Shown: positions 13,501 to 25,600 of the stretch, piece by piece
Layout: each line of letters begins with the position of its first letter
How positions within the stretch are numbered: the first letter of the stretch is position 1
Assembly (NCBI RefSeq): GCF_002113885.1
Contig: NW_018408645.1
Location: 876,107-940,106 of the forward strand
Reading direction: 5' to 3'
From: Mizuhopecten yessoensis
Taxonomy: Eukaryota
DNA: 64,000 nucleotides
Notes under the pieces: model-generated
Databases searched by the model: none
The model's input: the letters and a program-made list of their open reading frames with translations, nothing else
What the model was told of the DNA's origin: nothing
Made by a program: the position numbers and the translations under genes

Positions 13501-16500
13501 AAAAAAAATAAAAAATTGTGAATTAGGGAAAAATATCTGTCTAATGTACTGTATGTTTAATACTATACCAAAATGTGTGATACATTGCAATTACTGTTAA
13601 GCTCTTACTTGGAAATCTTATGTACTTATAATGTCATATTAATCTAACAAATGAAGGCAAATCATTTGCCATCCTGATTTATGTACATGTTACAAAAAAT
13701 ACTCGCTGGATTTTAGGTCTTTTAACCAGAAATCTGGTACATTATGAATATTCATACAATGACAGACATCAATAACAAACATCTCTGTAGTACCCTCCAG
13801 GCCTATATCATTTAAGAGATATGCACTGCAGTCTGTTTTGTAGTTCAAACCATTAACAGTCATAGGAAATGTATTTATACAATCACTTAAACCGGTTTTA
13901 ATTTCCTCCAATCTTGGTTACATATATGTGCTGTAAGAGGTTATCAGGAAAATGAAACTATGAAATGACATCAATGTGACCCCCAGGCTATTTCTCAGAC
14001 ACACATATGTACAGAATATATCACTCATCGCTTCCTGTGAGTGTAGGTGATTTATTCAGGAAGTAAAGATTCAATATGGTTTTCTATATTGGCCATGTTA
14101 ACCTCCCTATTTCCCTTGTAGCAGGAGACAGACAGTTGGTGTATAATTTTCTGTTTTGACCACAGGTGGCTCGTTACAAAAATAGTCAGAAAGCCATATG
14201 GCTTAAGAGGTAAAATATCCAACCAACCCCTGCCCTCCTCCCCAATGAAATGTTATGACCACCAGAGAATGTCACTTTTTCCAACATGGAGCAGACTGAA
14301 CAAACTAAAGCATTGTAATCCATACATGATCTTTCATCAAAATAGATAACTAGAACACTGACAGGTCTGCAAGGGCTCGCCATATACCTGACTGCCCCCC
14401 ACCCCATCATGGTCTATTTCACCTTGACCTTAAAAATATTTCCCCTGTTGCACATTTACAATGCATGATCAAGTCAAATTCAAAGAGACAGACTTTTGGG
14501 ACTTTTAGATTTCGAGAGAGGGACTGTACACCTCCCTGGCCTATTTTTAGTAACAGTGACCCTGACCTTAAAAATCTTGAAACCCTTATTACACATCAAC
14601 AAATCACAGTGTAGCATCATGCCAAAATCAAATTTAAGAAAGATTAGTCTTTGGGATTCTGAGATAATTTCTCTGGAAACAAAAGTGTGGATGGACGGAC
14701 AGAAAGACAGACAGACATGGTTGTTATTATTATTGGACACCTATAGCTACATCTTTGATGTGGGGCCATTAATAAACCAAATTTAAAAATTTGATAACAC
14801 ACATAGTTTATTTAAAAAGCATTTTGTAATATTCAAGTACTCTAGGTAGCCAGCAGGGAGATTGTAAGCAGGGACTATCTTGTTCACCTTCATTGCAATT
14901 TTAACTGTGATTATTTATCTATCTTTAACTTTGTGTTCTTTGTTAAGTCTGTATTTAATTGTGAATGTCTTGTATGTGGTTATGGTGTATATTGATGTTT
15001 GTGATCTTCACATTTTGCCAGTACCTGAAACAAATATCAAGATTAGTTTCATCATAAATTTGATCACCATTAGGTTATATGTGTAACAAAGGCATCTTAC
15101 CATAGCATACAAGTTTGGGAAACTGCTGACCAGTGTTGGCACCTTGGAGAATTTCTGGTTGAAGGCATCAGAAATATTGTGAGCAGGATCAGTTGATATG
15201 ATCAAGACTGTCTCCCTTACCTTGGCAAGTTGCACTGATAAAGAACAGCTGTAAACAAAACAGATGCTAAATATCAAACTATCATTTTTTTTTTGGTTAT
15301 TTTCTGGGCCATTTGAGATTGTTTGGACCAATCACGTCATAAAGTACAGACAGAATACTTGGTTGCTTATGAATTTGTTAATTTTAAAGTTTCCAAAATA
15401 ATTGAATTAGATATCAACACAAGCTGGTAACCTCTCTACTGGATTGTACATTACCTCCCTTTGAACTAATTTTCAAATTTCTTTAGACCAATTTGCATGA
15501 ATTTTGAAATTTTGTCTAAAGAAATTTTCAAAGATTTTTATGTTTTAAAGCAAAAATAACCTTAAATGATCTTCCTTATACAGAGGTTGGTAAGCATTTA
15601 AAATTACCTAGTCTGGAATGTCGATGGAAATAGTTACATTGTTTTCCAGTGTAAATGTGTCCAAAGCCTAGAAATCTAGATATAGTGTACTTTATTTAAC
15701 GGTTCATTTAGCATAATTAATAAGCGTAAATACAGTCTTTTAACATCCTTGAATAGGACGTTAAACAAAATTAAAGCAAACCAAATTTTAGAGAAGCCAG
15801 AGATATTTTAATCTTATCAACAATGTACTTGTGATATATATATATATATAATAATATGTGCCCCTCTCTGTCAAGATTTAAGAAACAACTGAAAAATGTA
15901 CCTTTTTGCCACTTATTAATTGTTCAACATTTATTGTTGTTCTTGCTTAAATCTTTGTATAAATATTCTTTTATCAGTTATTGGACCTAATTATAGGGTC
16001 TGTTGAATATTGAAATAAATAAATCACGTTCCGACGTATATTTCTTTAAGATAGTTTATCTTGAAGTTTCAATTATTTTTTTGTAGCAGTTTTTTTTTTC
16101 TATAAATACATATAATAGTGATACTCATGGTTAGGAATTGATGCCTCAAGATCATATGGTTATTTTTAGCATTATTTTGTGCAAATTATTATTATAATAT
16201 AAGTTTCAGTACTGACACCTGAGATTGAAGATTTACAGATGAGCAGCTAACTGTATGTGGCAAATAATTTCTATAGTCCAATGAGCTCTCTTATACTGTA
16301 GAATTCCGACCATACTGTGTACTGTTGTAACGCATGATCATGTGCCTTGTTAGTCGCTGCTAGTGATACAGCTCAGAAAAAAATTAACTTAAGTTTACAT
16401 TAATTTCCTCAGACAATTCACACAATTACCTTGTTGTTGTTTTTCCAACACCTCCTTTCCCACCGACAAATATCCATTTCAAACTCGTCTGGTCCACAAT

Positions 16501-16551
16501 ATTCTTCAGAGAAGGTTCCAATTCCACATCAACATCATTGGAAGCCGCCAT
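4517..16551 (-). CDS. GET3: ATPase GET3/ASNA1 (TRC40), tail-anchored protein targeting factor, 8 coding exons, 335 aa
   Basis: Exons on the - strand: 16430-16551, 15101-15248, 12122-12179, 9932-10022, 6674-6824, 5933-6040, 5187-5387, 4517-4645. All are GT-AG with compatible phases, total 1008 nt. The translation has [15 protein letters not shown] (deviant Walker A), [12 protein letters not shown] (switch I), [23 protein letters not shown] (switch II), [13 protein letters not shown] and the CKMC zinc-binding CxxC. Confidence 0.96.
4787..4859 (+). mobile_element. 5'-truncated retroposon 3' end with a (CAAT)n tail and 13-bp TSD
   Basis: Flanked by aaacactataaac at 4774-4786 and 4860-4872. An inverted homologue lies at ~52204-52270. 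Confidence 0.7.
7176..8192 (-). mobile_element. HINE/Helentron-type element in GET3 intron 4
   Basis: Terminus aacaagaggcccatgggccttaacggtcacctga, two ~0.33 kb internal repeats, a ggacgcacgacggac microsatellite and a gacctaaaa end. Confidence 0.7.
8270..9455. repeat. 38(-42)-bp minisatellite
   Basis: Unit acagggtatctggggtggtactacatgtataggtatgc, ~30 copies. Confidence 0.95.
9460..9685 (+). mobile_element. Degenerate tRNA-derived SINE (V-domain-like core)
   Basis: A/B-box-like ggtggagtg..ggttagattccc, then ggttttctctgacttatccggttttctctc, resembling the V-SINE core. Confidence 0.4.
10165..10746. repeat. 49-bp minisatellite
   Basis: Unit caccaatacagtctctgggaccatcctacctacagattaagctgatcgt, ~12 copies. 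Confidence 0.95.
12587..13183. mobile_element. Palindromic MITE-like repeat, copy 1 (GET3 intron 2)
   Basis: Shares tttatcacatacc...ttgcacatgtg and a ~40-bp-arm hairpin (aagaccacacacttgtgtttttctaacgaatc...) with 24636-25051. Confidence 0.65.
12672..12882 (+). mobile_element. 5'-truncated LINE 3' end with a (GAA)n tail, nested in a MITE-like repeat
   Basis: Encodes [23 protein letters not shown] (WN-x-LP...FK..L type ORF2 end) followed by agaagaagaagaag. It is absent from the second copy of the host repeat at 24636. Confidence 0.55.
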
Positions 16552-16689
16552 CGTGAATTATTCGGAACACCTTGGAAGTTTCCTATAACTAAACATAAGC
16601 GAATCAGAGTAGCCCCCCTTCCCTGTTTTGGAAACCGACGCCGGCGACAGGTGCTTGTTTTGGCTTGCAGTACACAAGAAAACAGAATT
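16552..16689. promoter_or_regulatory. Compact bidirectional promoter / 5'UTR region shared by GET3 and TECR
   Basis: The divergent ATGs at 16551 (-) and 16690 (+) are 138 bp apart, with a local CpG-rich patch (ccgacgccggcgac). This depends on the 6-nt TECR first exon being correct. Confidence 0.65.
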
Positions 16690-19600
16690 ATGGAGGTAAC
16701 TGACAATTCTTAACTCAAGTGTGCACTGCTAACTCTGAATTTGTTAATGCTTATCAGATATATGAATTCAATAACAGATCTGAGGCAAAGTTCTCGTCGA
16801 TCGACCTGTGAACTGTTAGTCGGTTTACGGTTGCCTACTGTATCGCCCGAGGCCAAAGGTTCACCCGTTCGTATATCAATGTGCATGATATTCAATCTAT
16901 CTGGTCAGAAGAAATTATTATGCTAATCTTGCATCATGTTTACATATATTCAGACATTAAACTTTTAGAATCGTGAAAATTTAAAGTTTACACATATGAA
17001 AAAAATCAAAAAAATCTGACCTATTTTTATGCAACTTAAAAACTGAAAACCACATAGTTGAATATCTATATAGGCAGGGGGAACCCAGGAATTAATTTTG
17101 GGTGTTGCCCAAAATTTTAAACTCAGAAAAAGCTTCAAAAAAACCTAATAAATTATAATTGTCATGTCGGTTGTGCATGTATACTACTTTCTGGCACCAA
17201 ACAATATATAGAACTTCATTATTTCCGAGATTGTGACAAGTATAATTTCCCTGCCGAGCATAGCAAGGCGATTTTTTTCTCTCTGAAGATGTAATACTAA
17301 ACTTGTTCAAGTGCAGAATGCTAGAATTTATTCGACATTATTTCCATTGTCAAACAGATCGAATAAGGCATAGAATAGTTTTCTGAGTTTGCAGTATTAT
17401 TCCAGGTTATATTTCATAACATAGAGTATTTATATTGTATGATGGCCAAGAGGAGCAAGTGTTAACAAATTCTCTGAAATAATGGTAAAAAAATAGGTTT
17501 TTGGTTAAAATGTTGATGTTTTTTGTCATGCCTTTCATGTGCATGTAGTTTAGGCGAGCATTTTGACAATTAAATATTGATTTATTTTGTCATAAATATG
17601 AATTTGTATGCATGCATATGTACAAGGGCAACACCTGTTAAAAAGAATAAATATATACATGCCAGGCTGTTATGCTAACATTGGTTATTATTCACCTGAT
17701 AACGTGATGCTAAGGTGGCAATCTAATTAAAATCATATCTTCACATCGCTCCCGTTGATGTGAAGATATAGTTAGATTGCTAAGGTGGATGCTTTATTGT
17801 CTTTGAAATGTGTACATGAAACCACTGGTGAAAATACAGGTTTATCTATCATGAAATGGACTCCACCTTTGAAATAACAATTAACATATACATTGTATAC
17901 CTAATTCCAACAGATGGTTTTATCCTCTCTCAACGGACAGGGTGATCACCACACCGTGACATTAGAGCAATATGATTAGGTAGACAGTCCGTTGAGCCTT
18001 CACCACTGACCTGACTGGAGACCCTACTAATATATAAACAAAAGAGAATTAATCCCCTATTGTTTAGAGTATAAGTAGTGGACTCCTTGTTTGGGCAACT
18101 GCACCCTTAGGCATATATAGATATTCAAACTGCTGCTTGCCATAGAAAACATAGTTCACAGGATGGTTGATATTAGAAGAAAATCCCATATGAAAAAGTG
18201 GAAAATCTTCAAAAACCTTAGTCCAGATTTTTTTTGGACACAGAAAAAAGGGTGTTGCCCTGGCAACTAGGGCCCTGGGTCCGCCACTGATAGGTATATG
18301 TTATAAATGAGAAAGAAGTAAAATTACTGATGTTGAAAATTGTTGTACCCTGTACACTGAACAGTATCATCAGTTTAAGCTGGGTCTAAAAAAACAACTA
18401 AACTTTAACAAATTCTCAGGTCTTTGTGTTGGTACATGTACATTAATGTACTCTGCTTACTTTTTAGCCCACCATCATCTGATGGTGGGCTATTCAAATC
18501 ACCCTGCGTCCGTCGTCCGTCCTTAAACAATTCTTGTTATCGGTATTTCTCAAGAAGTACCAGAGGGATATTTCTCAAATTTTATATGTAGGTTCCCCTT
18601 GGTCCTAAGCTGTGCAGGGCAACTTTTGAAACTGCTCGGATAAACAACATGGCCGACAGGCAGCCATCTTGGATTTTGATAGTGAAAGTTTGTTATCGCT
18701 ATTTCTCAAGAAGTGCCAGAGGGATCTTTCTCAAATTTTATATGTAGGTTCCCCTTGGTCATAAACTGTGCAGGGCAACTTTTGAGACTGATCGAATAAA
18801 CAACACGGCCGACAGGCAGCCGTCTTGGATTTTGATAGTGAAAGTTTGTTATCGCTATTTCTCAAGAAGTGCCAGAGGGATCTTTCTCAATTTTTATATG
18901 TAGGTTCCCCTTGGTCCTAAGCTGTGCAGGGCATTTTTTGAGACTGATCAGATAAACAACATGGCCGACAGGCAGCCATCTTGGATTTTGATATTGAAAG
19001 TTTGTTATCGCTATTTCTCAAGAAGTGCCAGAGGGATCTTTCTCAAATTTTATATGTAGGTTCCCCTTGATCTCTTGTTGTACATGTTATATTTTGAGAC
19101 AGATCATAAAAACAAAACGGATTAAAAGAAGAACTAAACAGATCTTTCTCATATTGCAATGATCGATTCTATTTATTTAACATTAAGTACTCTACTAGTA
19201 AATATGTGAAATGACAAACTCACTTTGAAGGTTGTCTTTCATACACATCAGTATTAAGTTTAGATCAAAAGTTACTTCAAGATGCATTTACTGTTAGCAT
19301 GACTCGATCAAACAGATTAGAGGAAAGAAGAGAAAAGATCGAACTGACAAAGAACTTATGAAGATGGTATAAAGGTGGGCGCCAAGATCCCACTGGGATC
19401 TCTTGTTTAGTGATGCAGTCTCTGAGGACACTTCTTTAACTGTGCAGACACATGAATCATAACCCTGATTGTATAAAATGAAAGTCGTTTAATCAAAGCT
19501 GTAAATTTTCCAAATATCACACTGAAACTGTAATTAGGCATGTTGTAGTCAAGAAAATACATATATTCTGCTTTCTTTATTACAAGAATATTTATTTTCA

Positions 19601-22600
19601 TCAATTTTGCAAAACATGCTACATAAGCTACAAAGAGCTTGTATTTCAACAAAACATGAGTATTATAACAGAGACATAAACATTACAACATGAAAAAAAA
19701 CACCAAAACATACATGTACAATACTGTTAACATAGAAAAAGAGTTTATCACTTGGAAAGTATTTTGCACATACTGTAGTAGGCACATTGCACACAGTAAG
19801 CACATCAGCATATGGTAATATAAGCACAATAGCACATTTGCATATACATGTACAGCACATAAAAAACAAAACCATCACATGGAAAGCTTATTAGCACATA
19901 GTAAGCACATTTAATTTGCACAAGTTGTAAGCACATGGTATAGCACATATAACACATGCCTGAGCACATATATCAGCATACAGATTGCATATAGCATGAA
20001 AACACAAATCCAATGGCAGCACATCACAGAAAAAACAGGTTTGTTAGGATATACATAGGGTACATCAGCATTCAGGGTTTTCCCAAATACGGATTATTCT
20101 GCCGAAATCAGAGTAGTTCTCTGCTTTCCGTAACTCATTTGAGAGGCTGTTCCATATCCGGCCACCCTCAAAACGGAAAGACCTTTTTCCATACCTGGTG
20201 GTGTTGACCTGAGGTGGCTGCACTGTGTTTTCATTCCTAAATGAATAGGTAGAATATTTTCTGTTGATTAGTACATGTAGATAATTAGGTGACAGCTTAT
20301 TTACAATTTTAAAAACTTCACCTGCAATGAGTTTCATTGTAGTGATATGTAGGTAAGATGATTTTGCACAAGTTAAAATGTCTTTCTAACTTTGAAATAC
20401 AATCATTTAGTACAAATATAAGTCTTCTTTCTTGTATTTTCTCCATCTTGTTGGTACTTGATTTGTTACAGAAATGCCATATGACAGGACACAAATTGAG
20501 TGAATTTGATAATACAAATGTACAAAAGATTTGATAATTAGCATCTTTACATGTTTGGGCAGACAATTGCCAATACGTTTCAATACAGTCAATTGTTTAG
20601 AGGCTTTCCTGCAGATTTCTGCTATATGTTTATTAAAATTTAACTGTGAGTCAATATCAATTCCATGTAGCTTTATATTTTCCTCACAGATTATATTTAC
20701 ACCTTCAATATCAAGACTGTTGAAAGAATTTTGCTCTTTTCCAAAAATAATAGACTATGGATTTGCTTGCATGACGTAAGAATAAAACCAATGGATGAGG
20801 ACTTTGGCCTCTCTCTCTCTAAAGGACCTGTTTTACACAGATGCATTTCTGTTGGCATAGCTCAATGTGTAGCTGTTATTGACTTATTGACTGTCCTTTT
20901 AATCTGAGGTCGTGAGGACATTTGTTCTAACTTGCAGTCACTTATTACTTGGTATCATTAGCTATAAAGTTATGACCCTTTCCAGGCGTGTATACAGTAC
21001 TTGTAATAGGATAGAAGTGGTAAAAAGAATATGTGTTTGCTGGGACTTGAATGTACATTAATGCACATCCTTTACGCTTGTAGCTGCCACTCAGTGTAAG
21101 CCAATAAGCAGTTGCATGCACTTCAAAAAAATTAAATACAAATTTTTAAATTTAATCACTAAACAATACATCTTCGTAACAGCGATAAGTTTTAACTCTT
21201 TTAGTCAATGTCATGTTCATTTTGTTCACTTGTAGATTACAGTCCTCCATCCAAGATCTGGGAAGACCCTAGCCACTTTAACCAACGTAAGTTTTTGTTA
21301 TGAACAGGAATGCATGATATATATTGAAAACATCCTACTACCCAGACTTATGTTTTCTTAATTAGTAACTATATCGAAAATGTAAGGAAGCCCAGACATA
21401 AACTCTACAAGCCCTGGATATCAGAGTAGTGTAATTGTACATGCTTGTTACTGTTCTTTAGTTCATTTTTCTTTTATACTCAAATTTAAAACACTCCTTG
21501 CAGAGAAGAAAACGTCCATACAAGAATTTGAAAATCATTGTAAATCTTCTGCATGTTGATAAAAAAAGTCAATGAAATGACTATGTCAATAAAATACATA
21601 GTCATTTTAGGCCTGTCATGTTTTATATCTCTGTAACATGTTTAAAATATAGATGTTGGTAAGTTAGCAAACCTTTTCCCCCAAACCGAGTCCTAGACAG
21701 CTGTTTTGAGACCCTGAACAGTATAACCTAAAAAATGTAAAAACTGATACAAATTTTTCATGAGAAAGATAAAAATTGACGGTACATTTGTAGATCTGTA
21801 TTTGTCTTGTTTTTTAGATTTCTACAGGATCCTGTATTGCAGATGTGAAAAGGGAGTATGAGAGGAAATGTGAGTTTGATTTAAATATGGAGAAGTTTTA
21901 CAGAATAACATGTTTTTTTCTGAGATCAAGTATTGGTGAACCATGTGATTCTGTGTTGTATCTCCTACCAAGAAAAATTCCATTTTATTTGACATATTTC
22001 TGACTCAGAGTTGTTTGCCCATTTACTTCAGCAAAACCTTATCGTAATTTCCTCTTTCATAAAATGTCTTTGCCATTCAATCACTGAACCTCTTGAATAC
22101 AGCAGGCATTTATCCACTACATTGCTAGTCATGATTTTTCTTAAGTAATTATATACTGTAGTGTTTCTGGGACAGGGAATCATATTAAAGTGTCATTACT
22201 GCCTTAACCAGACAAGCAACCTGAAAATGTCTTTGTGTGAAATACAAATTCTGTGTTTCCTCAAGATTAATCTCCTTTTATGAAGAAGACCCTTGTTATC
22301 ATCTGTTTCATTCACTTAAAAACAGATGTAGTGTCCTGCTCACTTTTCGAAAAAGGCTGCAAATAAGGGAAAGGTGACTGAGGAAACTTGAGTGTGATAG
22401 GAAAATGCAGTGTTCTATTTCCCCATCATGTGATCAGTATAGTCCAATCAGGTACAACGTTACATAGAATATGTGTAGTAATATGAATTTTTGTGGAGAC
22501 ATAATATGATCTCTTTGCTGTTTATTTCAGTTCCCAAGTATTACCCGACCCGGCAGGCATTTAAAAGTGATCCCAGTAAGTAGAGTTTGAGTTTTCTTGG

Positions 22601-25600
22601 TGGTGATTAACCTCAAACCTTTCCCTCTGATGATGGCTTGCTTGTTCTATAAATGTTTTAGTTTGGCCTGAATTCCGTAATTTACTGTTACAGAGGGAAA
22701 GACACTTAAAGATGAGACGACACTGGAGAGTATAGACTTCACTAAACCGGGAGCACTATACTTCAAGGACCTTGGGCCCCAGGTCGGCTGGACCACCGTG
22801 AGTATACACCCCTCATAGAATCTCCGACCTTTTATAGCATATATCTGACCCCTTCTAGAATCTCTAATCCCTCACATGAACTGCATACTCAACAATAAAA
22901 GTGAAATATTCATCCGTTTATTTGTTTAGATACCAAAATATAAGTAAGAATATATATGGTAACAAGGTGGTTGCCAATAGTTCATGTCTGACTAATGTCA
23001 CTTAACAAAGTAAAAAATATCTTCTTATTTTGATCTATTTATTTTTCTATTATATGATTCATTTTTTAATTTTTCTCAGAACCTGAAGCAAAGAAATATG
23101 ATAGTGCTTATTACATAACATAAACAAATCTAATTATCTTTTGGATAAATCTCTCTTATGACTTATCCTTGATGTTAATTTCAACATACATTTTATGAAA
23201 ACAGAACTGTATATTGTTTGTGTGTGCTTTACTAGGTGTTTATGACAGAATACTCGGGTCCACTCGTAGCTTACCTAATCTTCTACGCCAGGCCGGCCAT
23301 TATATATGGAGCCGCAGCTTCCCAGCCCAGATCCTGGGTAGTCAAGTGAGTTTCATATCATTTTGATAGGCTAATTACCTAAACAATACCGAAAAATACA
23401 GTTGTTGCTAAGGGAATTATTATCTCCCCTGATCGAGTTTGAAGGAGACATTAGAATGATTCTTGTCTTTCAGTTACACCTCCATTTATGCACCATCACT
23501 TCAGTTCCTTAAAGCAACAAATCTAGAGCTTGCTGGGGAACGTTTTTCATGTGCAAAGGTCAAAGGTTATGGTTACTGCTACTATAATAAATATAAAAAG
23601 GAAGATGGTTTTGCACAATAAACTCATGTGGGCCAATCAAACTCAAACTTACTTAAATCAACGTTGGCTAGTCAACCTCAAACCTATTACACTGCTTCCA
23701 TACTGTATATACAATGTGCTTGCTTTTAAAGGGTAAAGGCCAAAGGTCAAGGTCACTTTATGCATAAAAAGAAAAACAGTTTCTGAAAAATGGTTTTGTT
23801 TCCATTGAACCTGGCAAATTCAAACCATGTCATTTCTCAACTTGAACACTGATTGGAGCAAATGTATTGAACTAAGTGTAAGTCCTAAAGACCTTGTTCT
23901 TGTTTGAACTGTCACCTGTATTTCAATTTCCACAAAATACAAAAGCTGCTCAGGGTAAGTAAGACTATCAGCCTACTCTGTGGATATTTCATGTTTCTTT
24001 ACAATATCTCGTTGACCTTTCAGTCTTGCAGCAGCCTGTTTCTCCTTTCACTACGTCAAACGACTACTGGAGACTGTGTTTGTCCATCGCTTCTCCAACG
24101 CCACCATGCCCATCATGAACATCTTCAAGGTAACTGCTTATTAGAAAACCAGGTAATATTCGTGGTTGTGTTATCTTCATGCTTTTAGCAGAAGGATTTC
24201 ATTGCAAATTAACGATGCAGTGCAAGTTTCCAGCTCCAGGCATTCTACTAATATCTAGTTCCAACTTAGCATAAAAAGATCAGAGTATTGTTGGTCGGCC
24301 AACTTCACCCTGAAACTGAATTGGAGGTTTACACATACGTACATGTATAAACTAAGAAGTTGGATAGATACGCTCAGATTGTTTTATGTGTCAGTTTCAA
24401 CAAAAATAACAAAATGAAGGACTGACCTGTTTTTCGCGAACTCTCTACCACTGGAATATCATTTTCCTGACAAAGCACGAAAATAGCACTATGAATATAA
24501 TGACAAATTAAAGGATCTTACAAAAGTTTTAATATTCAGTTAAGAAAAGCAATTGAAAGATACCTACAAAGGAAAATACCTTTGTAATCCAGCCACCACT
24601 AATCTGGTTTTCTCTAGCCTAGATTTATACAGATCTTTATCACATACCTTTTGAATCTTGTTATAGTAATACAACCAATATTCAGACCATGAAATACAAC
24701 GTTCTGTATTGCACATGTGCAATACGGAATATTGTATTCACCTACTATCCAGAACTACTTTTTATGGGAATCCCCTTGTCATGGCGAACTGAAAAGTTCC
24801 CAGTATTTGCAAAAAATATCAAAGTTTATAAAATCTTTTTATCGATCTCTACCAAATAAGGAAGGTATGTGATAAAAGCAAGACCACACACTTGTGTTTT
24901 TCTAACGAATCTGAAAGCACTCATTTATTGTGCGGACGTATATATTCATGAGTGCATACTCATGAGTATATTCGTCCGCGCAATAAACTCATGCTTTCTG
25001 ATTCTTTAGAAAAACACAAGTGTGTGGTCTTGCTTTTATCAAATACCTTCCGTACTGTTATATTTGCATTGTAACAGTAGTTTTATGTTTTTATTGTTAT
25101 GTTTTTATTATGGCAGTAGTTTTATGTTTCTACTGTTATGTTTGCATTGTGACAGTAGTTTTATGTTTCTACTGTTAAGTTTGCATTGTGGCAGTATTTT
25201 TATGTTTCTACTGTTATGTTGGCATTATGACAGTAGTTTTATGTTTCTACTGTTATGTTAGCATTGTGACAGTAGTTTTATGTTTCTACTGTTATGTTGG
25301 CATTGTGATAATAGTTTTATGTTTCTACTGTTATGTTTGCATTGTGACAGTAGTTTTATGTTTCTACTGTTAAGTTTGCATTGTGGCAGTAGTTTTATGT
25401 TTCTACTGTAATGTTGGCATTATGACAGTAGTTTTATGTTTCTACTATTATGTTTGCATTGTAATGGTAGTTTAATGTTTCTACTGTTATGTTAGCATTG
25501 TAATAGTAGTTTTATGTTTCTACTGTTATGTTTGCATTGTGGCAGTAGTTTTATGTTTCTACTGTTATGTTGGCATTATGACAGTAGTTTTATGTTTCTA

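Noticed and set aside
13690-13911. 73-aa ORF in GET3 intron 2
   Set aside because: No recognisable domain, and it is not needed for the complete GET3 reading frame.
14400-14780. Degraded HINE-like fragment (tgaccttgacct, ggacggacaga)
   Set aside because: Termini could not be identified, and it is too decayed to delimit.
4517-16551. Bacterial ArsA arsenite-pump ATPase or horizontal transfer
   Set aside because: A single ATPase domain with spliceosomal introns and GET3-specific CxxC and insert motifs.
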